From Paramecium tetraurelia (Eukaryota): 64,000 nucleotides of DNA. This document shows positions 29,024-41,940 of this stretch, one piece after another. The DNA lies in contig CT868252.1 of the NCBI GenBank assembly GCA_000165425.1, positions 248,001 through 312,000 on the forward strand, read 5' to 3'. Positions within the stretch are counted from its first letter, which is position 1. Every line of letters starts with the position of its first letter. The translations under genes were made by a program, and so were the position numbers. A model generated the notes under the pieces. It was not told the origin of the DNA. It saw only the letters and a program-made list of their open reading frames with translations, and ran no database searches.

Positions 29024-32011
29024 ATGAGTACTAATATGAGAGGGTTGAATACATTCATCACTGACATCCGTCACTGCTCAAATAAGGAATAGGAGGAGAA
29101 ACGAGTGGAAAAGGAATTGTAAAAAATTAGAGGCAAATTTACATCTCAAAAAGGATTGGCTGGCTATTAGAAAAAGAAGTACGTTTGGAAATTGCTGTAT
29201 ATCTATATTCTAGGTATCAAAATAAATATCATCTAATTAGGTTATGAAGTTGACTTTGGATAATAGGAATGCGCCTTCTTAATTAATTCTTCAAAATTTA
29301 GCGAGAAATATACAGGTTACGTAGCTACTTCAATTCTGGTGAGTGAAAAAACACATGACTTATTTACATAAGTAGCATCCTCAATTAGAAACGATCTATA
29401 ATCTGTAAATGAAATTAATCAATCATTGGCCTTAACTATGGTTGGAACATAAGCACCATAGGAATTGGTCAATGCATTGCATTAGGATGTCTAGAAATTG
29501 GCATTGACAGAATCTAGATCAACTTTCCACGTTAGAAAGAAGGCATGTGCTTGCTTACTTAGAATGTATAGGAAATATCAAGATAAATTCCAGCCATCAT
29601 AATGGGCTTAAGGAATTTCATAAATGTTCGAATCTAGGTATCTTTATCCAACTTATTGTTAGACACCCTTCCTTAGGATTTATGACTGCAGCTACTTCAT
29701 TATTAGTCGGAACATGTTAGTTAAATAATCCATCAATCTTTGAAGATTGCACACCTAAATTAATCAAATTACTTCACAAAATTGCAATTCAAAAAGATAG
29801 CCCTGGAGATTATAATTATTATGCCACTCCTGCACCATGGCTTCAAGTCAAGATTTTGAAGGCGCTTTCATTCTTTTCACCCCCTCCTCCATCCACCGAT
29901 TCTCATCGATAATTGACTGAATGCCTTACTAAAATCATCAAAAAAACTGAAGTTACTAAAAGCATTAACAAAAATAACGTTGATCATGGCATTCTATTCG
30001 AAGCTGCAAATCTTGTTATAACATATAATGGCGCAGTTGGAATGGAGTTGAAAAACGATATCTTAAAATTACTTGGAATTTTCATATCAGTTAAAGAACC
30101 CAATCTAAGATATTTAGGATTAGAAACAATGTGTAAATTTGTTAAACTTGCAGGAGATTCCCTAGAAGATCATTTAAATACTATTTTTAAATCTTTAAGA
30201 GACAATGATATATCAATCCGAAAAAGAGCTTTAGATTTATTATATTTAATCAGCAGTCCAAATACTAGTTAAAGAATAGTTGAAGAATTGTTGAGTTATG
30301 CTGAAAATGGGGCAGATTTACAGATTAAAGATGATTTAGTTTTAAAAATAGCAATATTATCTGAAAAATTTGCAGACAATTTATATTGGTATATTGATGT
30401 TGTTGTAAGAATGATAAACTCATCAGGAGATTTTGTCACAGAAGACATTTGGTTTAGAATCATTCAAATTATTGTAGGATTCTAAAAAGAGGGCAATCAA
30501 GAACTATAAAAATATGCAGCCACCAAATTATTTTCATAACTATCCATGCCTCATGTTCATGAAACATTGATTTGTATTGGAGCATTTATTATCAGTGAAT
30601 ACTCTTAAATGCTAGTGGAATAGAATAAAGAACCATAGAAATTATTTGACATTCTCAACAAACATTATACATTTAGCACTGAAAGAAGCAGGCAAATGTT
30701 ATTAAACGCTTTTGTTAAATTGGCATGCAAATATCCAGAATTAAGAGATCAAGCAATAATGATATGTCAAATAGCTGGGGAACATTTTGATCCGGATATT
30801 TAATAAAGAGGAATTGAGTACTTCTCTTTATTAATGGAAGATGATAAACTCTTAAATCAAATTGTTGTTAAAATGCCCCCATATTCAGAATTAGTATAAC
30901 AAAATAACCCACTAACTAAGAGAATTTATGTTATGGTGTTAAACCCAAAGGAATAGAAGGATCCAACTTTATTAAATTAGGCCAGAATCTAAGCTAGTCA
31001 AGAGATTGCTATGGCAGAATAGAGACTGTAAAGCAAACCAGAATAACTTTAAAAGCATCTGAGTTGGTTGAAAGCGTGTCCATATCTAAATCAATTTTAA
31101 GGTCAAATTGCACTTGAAGGAGTGAATATTATGGTTCCTCCATCTCCAGAAGATAATAATTTGAAATCTCCTTCAATAAGCAATGTAAATGAAATTAAGG
31201 TGTTATTAACTTCATAAATTGGAAAGGTAGTCGATAAACCAGGAGATCTTGTTGTTTAATATAAATCTGAGATAAGCGGACATTTGGGAAAGGTATTATA
31301 TAAAAAATTTAAATTTAGGTTTCTTTCTAATTTGAAGGAGCCTCTCCAATTTAAAACTTATCAATTCTTGTATCTTAGACCAATGGTATGTTATTCAACA
31401 TTTTACCTGTAAAATAAGGTGATTTTCCATAAGTCATGATGTAAGTTTTAAGTTGTGATGGAAATATGACTTTGCCTATAGCATCCGTTTTCTATGAATA
31501 AAATGGATAATAAAAGAAGCATGAATTCAATCTACCAATCTATACAAATAAGTTTGTTCAACCAGTTGACATGCCATACGATAAATTCACTAAATTCTTT
31601 GACGATTTTACGTATTTATTTTCTTTTAATCATTAGCAATAATTTAAGCAATTAAAACTATTTTAAATTAGATTCATTTATCAGAAATACAGCTCCGTCT
31701 AATATCCCCATGTCTGAAGTGCTCAAAAAAGCTGGAGGACTCCTTTCTGTTGGATTAAATTTGAAAGCGTAATCAATGTTTTATAGCATAGGTAACCATT
31801 CCCATCTCTTGAAAATTTACAAATGATTTGGGCTTGTGGATAATTGATGATAAAACCGCCAGAACAAAGTAACATTTTAAATCTACCAATTATGGTTATC
31901 ATTTCATCATTGGATTAAACCAATGAATTTTTAAGAGTTGGTATTAGATGTGGTGGAAGTGGAGAAATAGCTAAGAATTATATGAAATTAATAATGCTAT
32001 ACCTGGGTTGA
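29024..32011 (+). CDS. AP2A: AP-2 adaptor complex subunit alpha
   Basis: MRGLNTFITDIRHC.NKEQEEKRVEKEL.KIR, YQKKKYVWKLLYIYILGY, PAPWLQVK, EPNLRYLGLE, DISIRKRALDLL. Confidence 0.96.
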
Positions 32012-32067
32012 TCAATATTACATAATATAAAAATATTTATATCTTTATCACTTTTATTTTAATAGAA

Positions 32068-32628
32068 TCATTCCAAATTTAAAACATGATTCTTGAAATA
32101 GGTGATTTTGCTATGAGTATAGATAGCTGCATTTGTAACACCGCTTGCTGGATAGCTAGTCTTGGAATATCCTGGATCATTAACGTTGAAAGTGTCACCA
32201 GAATATGATGTCATCAAAACATAATGTCCACCATTGTTGACACATAAGATAACGTGTTATCCAGCATCAAATTTGCCTTTTTATTAATATTAGTAAATAC
32301 CTTTAGCTTATGCAGCTGTGACTTTTCCTTCATAAATGAATCCAAGATTCTTAATTGAACCCCAAACAAATAAGTCTCCAGAAGCATATCCACCATTCTT
32401 CTTCAACCAAGTATTCATTGTTCTAGGAGTAGTTGTTCCATCGGTTGTGACACCATAAGTATGTAACATCATAGCAACTGATGAAACTAAACAACCAGCT
32501 GAACAAATGGTATTTGAACTTGTGCCTAATTAATCCTTGCCCCAAGTTGCATCACACTGTTTGTATAATGTATATGATCTCGCATGAGCGACGGCAATAA
32601 TCAACAATACACTAATCACCTATTTCAT
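32068..32628 (-). CDS. Small secreted C39-like (papain-fold) cysteine peptidase
   Basis: Signal peptide MKQVISVLLIIAVAHA, YKQCDATWG, AGCLVSSVAM (Cys), GGHYVL (His), VNDPG (Asp). Probable 24-nt intron at 32277-32300. Confidence 0.85.
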
Positions 32629-34289
32629 TATTTTTAATTATGTCACAATGAGATGACGTCAAAGTTTATAAATTATTATTTTTTCTGTATAATCCACTAT
32701 TTTTCAACTAATAAATAAGCAGTTTCTAATTGAAAGAATTACTTTAAAATATGTTTGATGACAACCTCAAATTCAAATATATATTCGAAGCCAGAATTTC
32801 ATGAGTAAAAGATTCCCAAAATACAATATAAAAATATATATATATATTTTTGTGAATTTTACTGTTGAAAATTGTAAACAACACAAATATTCAAAAGTCA
32901 TATTAATCATTCTTTTCTCTAATTGAACAAAATTTTGTTTAAAAATAAGAAGTATGGAAATATTTATGCTTTCATCTAAATTACCAATAAACTATCTTTA
33001 TATATATAAATATTAGGAATTCAAAGAGAATTTGCCAACGTATTATAAATTCAAATTGATTTATAATTTTCGATTATTCCTCATATAAGAAGACCTTTCA
33101 TCACCTAATGAAATATAATAGAAACTAAATATTTTTTTTATTAATATCCAACAGAATATTCATTTTATATTATATTTAAAATTAGTTTATCCTCGAAATA
33201 TATTATTAAAGATGTTTAGAGCAAAAAACAATTAAAAGTAAACAAAAGTTAATTCCATTTCTTCCAATTACTAAAAATCTATTTGTATTATTATTCATAA
33301 ATTAACATCCATAAAATCATAAAGTAAGTTTGTTTATAAATAATTAAAATTAAAATACAATAATAAATCCAGAAAATTTAGACAAAATTGTAGGAAACAA
33401 AGAAATTGATTAACCCAAGATTCAAATTTAGCAGCAATAATAAAAATAATATTATGATGAATATTTAATCACTTTTAAAATCTATAATAGAACTAACTTA
33501 ATAAAATTTATATTGTATATAACAATAGGAACATGATAGGATAATTTTTCAGTAAATATTACAAAAGAAGTAGATATGTATAAACGAAAATTATAAATAA
33601 ATTATGTATTTAGTATGATATATTTTGATATTTATTCTCAATATTTTCAAATTTAAATTAAACTATATTAGAAGAATGATAAATTTTAAGTTTAAGAAAG
33701 GTGAATTATCAATTAACACTACTCATGATAATATGAAAGAAATTCCATCAAAATCCAAATCAAATTGAAATACATCTAATAATAAGAATTTTTAGTATGG
33801 TTAGTTATATTTGATATAGCCAAAATCAAAAGCAATTTAAATTGGCTTCATAATTTGATAAAAATTATATATATTGGGTTAAATACAATATTCCGATTTT
33901 ATTGTCTTGATATAATTCATTTATATTACAATAACTTTATATTTTGAATTTTCATGTCAAATTTAGATTATATCTCACAATATTAATATATAATCCTAAT
34001 ATAGATGAATTATATCAACTCAATAAAATTGGCATATTTTATTGACTCTACATATATTTAATTTATATTATATAATTAAGCCAATTCAAAATTCCTTTTT
34101 GATTTCGAATGCAAATAATATGATTTAACTGCTTTATTGGCATCATTATGAATTACAATTTATTACTATTAGACATGTCTAAGCATAAATTAGTCATCCA
34201 GATCAAAACAAATATAATGAAGAACATATATTAATTATATATAAGGGAATGTTGAGGGCGCCCGGAACAGACGTCGCGGACTGCACATC

Positions 34290-34602
34290 NNNNNNNNNNN
34301 NNNNNNNNNNNNNNNNNNNNNNNNNNNNNNNNNNNNNNNNNNNNNNNNNNNNNNNNNNNNNNNNNNNNNNNNNNNNNNNNNNNNNNNNNNNNNNNNNNNN
34401 NNNNNNNNNNNNNNNNNNNNNNNNNNNNNNNNNNNNNNNNNNNNNNNNNNNNNNNNNNNNNNNNNNNNNNNNNNNNNNNNNNNNNNNNNNNNNNNNNNNN
34501 NNNNNNNNNNNNNNNNNNNNNNNNNNNNNNNNNNNNNNNNNNNNNNNNNNNNNNNNNNNNNNNNNNNNNNNNNNNNNNNNNNNNNNNNNNNNNNNNNNNN
34601 NN
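34290..34602. other. Assembly gap (313 N)
   Basis: Run of N. Confidence 1.
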
Positions 34603-35600
34603 AGATCAGCTCTTTAACAATTAATAAATAATTGATAGGATAATGGAAGTCGAATCTTAGGTTTTTAAGCATCAAAAATAATGCAAAGTAATTTTCAATT
34701 TAAAAAGTAAAGTAATCATATAATTTTGAACAGTTTGACTCGATTTTGTTCGATATTAAATTTGAAATTTTTTAGATTTGTAAAAATAAGGCAAAGGAAA
34801 ACCTCGTTTCTCATTAGAACTTTTTTTAAAATGTTATAAGGATGAAGCAATTTTGCAATAAATTGCATAAAAGGAAAAGCTAAATAGAGGGCGCAAATGT
34901 CATTTAAGGCGTTTTCATAATTCGAAGAATAATAAATTAGTAAATATATTAAATATAAATTATAGGTCAGACCCTCAACTTTTTATCCGACTACATTTGT
35001 TGCCTAACATCTGCAATAAAAAGCCTTAAGAAAAATGAAATGAGAAAGAAATCAATCTTCAAAAGAATGTCCAGTATTTTGATAAAATATTCCAAAAATA
35101 TCAAAACTCAAAGTAATTTAGGTGCATCATAATTAAAATATTCGGCAAATCTCCTTTAAAGCATGAAGAGAATCTCCAACCACTATTAGAAGGTAATTCG
35201 AGTTATAACTCGGATAAATGAGAGAGTCTCAAGAACTTGTATTCAACATGTAGAATTTAGAGAAATATATTTAATTTGAGGAGGAATTGAAAAGATATTC
35301 TTAAACTCTAAACAATTCTCCAGTTGCAATGAGGGCTTAAAAGAAGCAATAAACTGATACAGTTTAAGATTAACCAAAAGTTGTCATAAATTTGAGAAAA
35401 AATCAAAGAAAGAATTTATAGAATAATGCAGTTATTAATCACCACTTCTATCTAAAATTATGTTAATGAACGTTAACAAAGTATTCAGGCTAACTAAATA
35501 CCAAAATTGATGGACTAAGTTTAATTGTAATATTTTTAGAAGAGAGGTAAAGATTAGTTGCTTCTTTCATTCATATATGTAAATTATCTGTTTTTTGAAC
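34603..35600 (+). pseudogene. Possible gene fragment or decayed gene after the gap
   Basis: Coding-like stretches with intron-like GTA..AG segments, but no single clean frame to a clear end. Confidence 0.35.
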
Positions 35601-36437
35601 AATTTATGATGATGAATTTTACATATATTTGATTAATTAAGTACAAAATTGTTTTATTATGTTTCCTTTATTTAGCATTGTTTAACACAATAAGAATAAT
35701 CTTTCATTATTAAGTGTTAATAAATATCACCTTGGTTGTTTTTCTTCAATACTTAATTTTGTTTAGTTGCATGAATGGATTTACCTACATCTATCTAAAT
35801 TATTTTCTCTTTCTGATTATAATTCGACTTGTATTTTTTCTATTTCTCTATATATGATTTCTTCATCGCTTAAAGATTATTAATCAAATTGTTCAATGGT
35901 AACTATTCAGCTTATTTACAATTTCTACAAGCTGATGTGTTGTATCATTTAGAATATTTTCTATGAGTTAATCATTGATTTAGCTGAATGGTGTATATTT
36001 GTCAAGCTATTATTTAATTTGCAATATTACCCATAAAAATAATAATAATTCAATAATTGAATCAATAAAATAGTTGATTTAATAATTTTAATTAGATATT
36101 CAAATAATAATAATTACATTTTGCTTTTAGGAGCAGCCATAATATCGGTAACTTGAAAGTCTCACAGATACTGATAGTTCATCTCCAATAAAATTGAAAA
36201 CCGCGTTTACAACTAGAAATTTAAATCAGATTAACTACTTATCTAATTTTCCAGATATAAGAGAGACAGCCACATAAAGATCTATAACAAATAGAAATCA
36301 AAAATTAGTGGAGAAAGTCAAAAATGTTACATTTTTAGTCCATAAAAAAAAAAGGTTTAGTTTGAAAAATAAAATTGCGAAAATATTTCCACTAATGAAT
36401 TATTATTTATAAGTTTTCACTTATTATATATATTAGT

Positions 36438-37278
36438 ATGCAAAAAGTTTAAATAGCATATAATTATTGCTAAAAGGAGTCTCATACAGAAGAATGGCTA
36501 AATACAATTTGTATTGACTAAAATTGTTAATAAGAAAGACTTCTCTGTTGTTTATGCTTAGAACTTCATGAAGGACACAGAGTCACTGCTTTAAAAAAGT
36601 TTCTAATAGAGTATAAATAACAATACCAAAAAAAAAAGAGAGATGAAGAGGAAATGAATGACAAATATTGGTTAGTTGTCTATTTATTCATATTTAGTTT
36701 ATCCAAAATCTTAGAGAGCTTCGAAAAAGAGGTAATATAGGTCAAGTAAATTATTGATGGGAATTTCGATAATCTTTTGAGTTAAATAAAAGAGTATTGT
36801 TTTAGAGTTATTTAGGTCTATCTCTAATTTTAACTGTTTAGAGACATGTTAAACTTATGATAAAATTGGAAAGATTCTCGATAAGATATCTACATCAGAA
36901 TAAGCAATAGACGATGTGAAATAGTTGTTTTCCTCAATCGAAACCATTACCTCAAAAGATGGGTTTTAATTTTAAATAGTATAACCTCGCCCAAAACTTA
37001 GTAATCTATAAGAGAGGCATTTTTCATCATAACAAATTTTCAACGATTATGTCGAATTTAATAAATAAATTTGTTTAAACTTTGAAAAAACAATTAATAA
37101 ATTGAGCAAATAAATAAAAGGTTTCTTTAGTGAAATTCAAAATAATGACGATTCAGACAGCCTAGGATAGATTTCAACATCAATAAGCAATTGGAAGGAG
37201 GATCATACTCAAATTTTGACATAAAATTGTTAGAACGGAATCTAATATTAACCTAAATAGAATGATTAGACAGAGTGA
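36438..37278 (+). CDS. B-box-like zinc-finger plus coiled-coil protein
   Basis: C-x4-H...ICIDQNC...LCCLCLELHEGHRV followed by a heptad-rich region; TGA 37276-37278. Confidence 0.75.
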
Positions 37279-37639
37279 ATTTTATCATTTACATCATTTA
37301 AATATGTGAAACAATTATGTTGCTAAATCTAGAATTTATATTAAAATATAGCAATATTAAATATTATTATTAGGAATTTTTTTAAAGGATTATGGATATT
37401 GTGATATTCTATAAAATTTAATATCTTTAGGTCTACGATCTGGCAATTCTTTATAATATATAAATTCTGAATGGACTGATAGAGAGACAGTGATTTTGAA
37501 TCTATAATTTTTTTCTAATAAGTGCACCTTCTCTACTTAAGGGTTGAGCATAATTTTGATGTTAGTAATATTTTTAATAAAAATAAAAGATCAGAATGGG
37601 ATTGTATGATATTTATAATTAACATCTAGGGATATCAAG

Positions 37640-38074
37640 ATGAGATTAGTGTTGAGCAACACATTCATGTCACTAGTAATAGTTTGCAATCTTGCATACT
37701 ATTCATATTTGAAGGAGAATGATGATAGTCATATTCAAATCGCTTCATTAATTACAAACATACCTACATCAGACCCTGATAAATATTCAAGCTATTTGAG
37801 TCTCTCAATTGCTGCCTTTTGCTTGATGTTGGTAGGATTTTTGATTGGAATGGTTTAACCATTTTTGAAATAGGCAGCACTTACTTATGCTTAGGCTTTA
37901 TTGATATTAGTAGGCTATGTGTGCTTATTTGCAGGAATTTTTATACTAGACTCATTCTCATATGGATTTAAAGAAGGAGAAAGCTTCAATTATCAAGTGG
38001 CTTCATTTTTTGCAATCGGAGGAGTCTTCATATAAGGAATGGTTAATTCATGGAGACAAAGATCAATCAGTTGA
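37640..38074 (+). CDS. Small four-TM (claudin/MARVEL-like topology) membrane protein
   Basis: Four hydrophobic segments in a 144-aa table-6 ORF. Confidence 0.7.
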
Positions 38075-38126
38075 ACAATTATCATATAAACAATACAATA
38101 TAATTGCAATTGAATTAATTTAAGTT

Positions 38127-38573
38127 ATGAATTCTCTTGAACGACTAAAATAGCAATTCCAAAAAACAACAAGCTCATTATCCAATTTCCACAAGACAGC
38201 TACCAATCTTGAAAGGTAAGCGTATTTCTAAGGATAATACGATATCCTATTACAAATTGTACCATTTCCATCAATGGATGGACTGATGGAATGGGTAAGA
38301 AAAAAAAGAGATGAAATATTACAAATATTAGAGAAGAACAGCGTCCGATATTAAATATCAAAGCATCCATTATTAACTTCTGAGCCTGCTGCCTTTAAAA
38401 TGAAGACTACATTTTTAGAAGAGCCCTTACCTCAATACTTTTAATAACAACCATAAATGTAAATGAACCAAAGTTCATTTGAAGAAGAGAATTGCAATGC
38501 TTATTATACATAAAATAATAGCCAATATGATTACAGGAAGAGAAGGAAGGATCAATAATATAGAAACTCTTGA
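38127..38573 (+). CDS. Small hypothetical protein
   Basis: MNSLERLKQQFQK... and ...QYDYRKRRKDQQYRNS*; exon joins not resolved. Confidence 0.45.
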
Positions 38574-38637
38574 AATATGTTTTAATAAACTTGAATGTGT
38601 AATTGAATATAAAGAATATGATCTGATGAATGGATAA

Positions 38638-40069
38638 TCATTTTTAATTTCTGGAATTACTTTCTGGTTCATCGCTTCCTTCGCTTTCACTGCCATCATC
38701 TTCATCTTCCCCAGCATGGAAATCATCGTCATCATCGTCAGAATCCAAATTGTTAGGATCGATGTTGGTCTTCTATTATATTTATAAGTTGCATATACAT
38801 TCTTCTTCTTTTATCTACTATCATCGTCATCTTCCTCATCATCGCTATCATCTAATGGAAGATGAGGCACCTCATCTTGAAGTTTTCTTACAGCAATTTT
38901 CTTTTATTAGAAATATGAGGTCAAATTGTCAAGTTCATCTCTTTCTATTCCTGAAAATAGTTGATTTTAGTTTTTGTATACAATTTTCACATCAAAAAAT
39001 TTATTTAAATTAGTCGAACCAATCTAACATAAAAAATTATAGTTACTCTTTAGAAAATGACTTCTTTAATTTCCTCATGTTTTATATGTAATACAGGCTT
39101 TTATAAATAAATTAATGATTTTTCTAACGGAAATAAAAATCCTGAGTGAGGACCAACGGAACATCTCAAACAAAATAGTCCATTCTTGCTCTTGAAATTT
39201 TTGGGAGATACAACTTTGATTCCTGTAATCTCAGCCAATACTTCGCATACAATATCATAGAGCGGCCCAGAATATTCTTCCTTAATTCCCTTCCAACCAA
39301 TTTCATCTAACTTTTGTCTACTGTATTTTAGTTTAATTTCATTCTCAACATCCTTCTTGAATTACATTACCAAGAAATTGTATGTAGTCTAACCTTATTT
39401 GAATGGATGTTCCAAACCAATTACAAAAGAAAGGTTAATTTCATCAGGCATAGGTAACAAGAAGAATCTAGAAATTCCCTTATAATCAGTTGTAAATTGA
39501 TAGGTATTTCCATGAAATCTGATATCTTTTGTAAAGAAATCCATCGTATATTTACCCCTAATATTTATAATAAATAAAGTAATTACCTTGGCACGATTAA
39601 TGGAACATCATGAATAGTTAGAATAGAATCAGCACTACTTTAACCAATTTTGGCTTTGGTTAATATTTCATTTTGTAATTTCTATTAAAAAGTTGGTTCA
39701 GCATCTTCATCTGCTCCATCTTCCTCTTCCTCCATGCTGATTTAATTTTCCTCATTTTCTTATTTTTTCTTTTCCTTTTCTTGTTTCAATTTCTAATTTA
39801 TTACAACTAACTTACCTACTCTTGAGGTGGAATATAAAATCTGACTTCGCATAACATGTCATCACTTAAAGGTTATGATCATATACATACTTTTCTCCAT
39901 AATCATCTGTACTCAATTACAGGACGATATCATTCTTCTAAGTGTTCGAATTCACCACCTTTTTCAATGGTAATTTGATTATGTTGCTCTGATTATATTT
40001 CATACATAAATTTTTATCATCAATGGAAACCACACCCCAATTAGTGCCCTTGGTGCATTGATCTGACAT
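38638..40069 (-). CDS. SSRP1: FACT complex subunit SSRP1/Pob3 (no N-terminal PH domain, no HMG box)
   Basis: TKGTNWG, SEVRFY, PLIVPRGKY.MDF, SFVIGLEHPFKQGQTTY, GFLFPLEKSLIYL.KPV, TFDLIF; acidic tail. Confidence 0.9.
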
Positions 40070-40107
40070 AATTTAAATTATAATATTTATTAATTGGCGC
40101 ATAAAAA

Positions 40108-41251
40108 TCAATATATTAAATAGTTCCTGTTTCCATATCTATCTTTATTCTGTTCAATGTACTGCTTTAATTCAATTGCATTCCTCTCTATCCAATTTAT
40201 GTTCATTTCTAAATGATTTACACTCTCCAAAACCGCTTAGCACATTAAATAATAATTGAATAATTACAACTCTTTTATCTATCTTATTTTCCATCATTGT
40301 TAATAGAATGCAGCTAACTGCCCTATTGCCTTTAGAAATCTGTCGAAATTTATTCCCAAACTCCATCAACAATAAATTATCTAAGATTTATTTCCTTAAA
40401 TTATCAATCTTTCCAGAATCATAAAGCTACTCCATATCCGAATTAATCTCCTGCATAATCCGATAAACTATTTATAATGAACAAGTGCAAAACAAATTGA
40501 AATTCAGGGTTTAGCAAATTAATTTCTCTTATCTCAAAACTTCATAATAGTCAAATCTACATTCCAACACCTAAAAATTAACTTCGATTTTACTTCATTA
40601 ATCAAATCATCAATATAAATTGGATTTAAATCAACTGTTTTTGATGATAAATAAATGCAGCACCCGCTTATTAGTTCTAAATCCTCAAACTTAACCTGCT
40701 ATGACTTACTTAAATATAAATAAATCAGTTCTATTGTTTTAAATAAGGATTCATAGCTAAAATTTTTAAATCTAATAATTTAATAAATCATCCAATCTAG
40801 AGCTTTTTCTAACTATTTCTCTGTAAAACAATGTTATTTTATATCAAAATAGCCCTCTTGTTTCTAAATTGAATAAAATCACATTTACTTTTTATTCAAT
40901 ATCCCTTTCAAATTATTGAATTTCAGAATAATAAACTTCATGATAGGAGAGCATCGATTTCTCTAATATAGAACATTAACGTATCTTATAAGTTTTTGTC
41001 TTGGTTTCTGTATAATTAAAAAAAGCAGGAAATTTTTATATACAGGGAATTATTGCATTTCTTCTTTTAGTCATTTAGTATTGTTATTATTCTTCTATTT
41101 TATTACAAATTCTTTTTTCTTAAATAATCTTAGTAGAAAACTCAAGATTAGATACATCAGAGAACACAGATCGAATTTTATTTTGATTTGTTGGTAAAGG
41201 TATTTTTTCATTCTTTAGTTTGCTATGATTTGCAATATGATTTTAGTTCAT
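40108..41251 (-). CDS. Cyclin with N-terminal destruction-box-like motif
   Basis: RSVFSDVSN; cyclin fold ALDWMIY...ESLFKTIELIYLYLS...LELISGCCIYLSSK...EKLICQTLNFNL. Confidence 0.85.
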
Positions 41252-41372
41252 AAAAATTTAAATAAATGTTAAAATGGAATAGTTCATTGTTAAAAAGCTT
41301 TTTAATGAAGTAAAAATGTATTTGATTAATTTTTAGTATTCAAGATTAAAATATGGCTTAATTATATAATGG

Positions 41373-41865
41373 TCATAATAACTCAGGTTTTGGAGCAAAT
41401 GATGCTTTACAACTGCATGACTTTTCTGCATTTGGATTCTCTTAGACCTAAATGTTTAAATATTAAAATTACATAAAATGCTGCTCTTATCATCTTATCT
41501 TCATAGTCAATAACACATCCATTAACAAATTTGAGTGTTATTTCGTCAACAACAAATATTATTTCGTTTTATAGTTTCAGAACATAATCATCATCTAAGA
41601 TTTAATCATCAAAATTAAAAGAGTATTTAAATCCTGAACATCCCTCTACATTATATATGATAAGATGTTACATGCTCCATCAACTCCTAATCTTAAGAAT
41701 TTGTTTCGAAACTTGGTTGTTTACTTTCTTTAAATTTCCTTCCATATATATTTAATATACCTTAATACAAAAATCTGTAAGTTATATTTGATCACTTATG
41801 GTATGATAAGCAAATCGATTGATATTGGTCAGATTTGAAAACAATGTCTTTGATATTCTTAGCAT
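41373..41865 (-). CDS. ISCA2: Mitochondrial Fe-S cluster assembly protein, IscA/HesB family
   Basis: Transit-like N-terminus, LRLGVDG..GCSGFKYSF, NPNAEKSCSCKASFAPK. Confidence 0.9.
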
Positions 41866-41940
41866 GCAAAAGTTGTAAGATGAAATATTATAAATTAATA
41901 ATTAAGAATTTTAGGAAATATAGAATTATCATCAGCAGGG

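Noticed and set aside
34235..34675. ORF-track entries of 146 and 122 aa spanning X runs
   Set aside because: They are artefacts of translating through the N gap.
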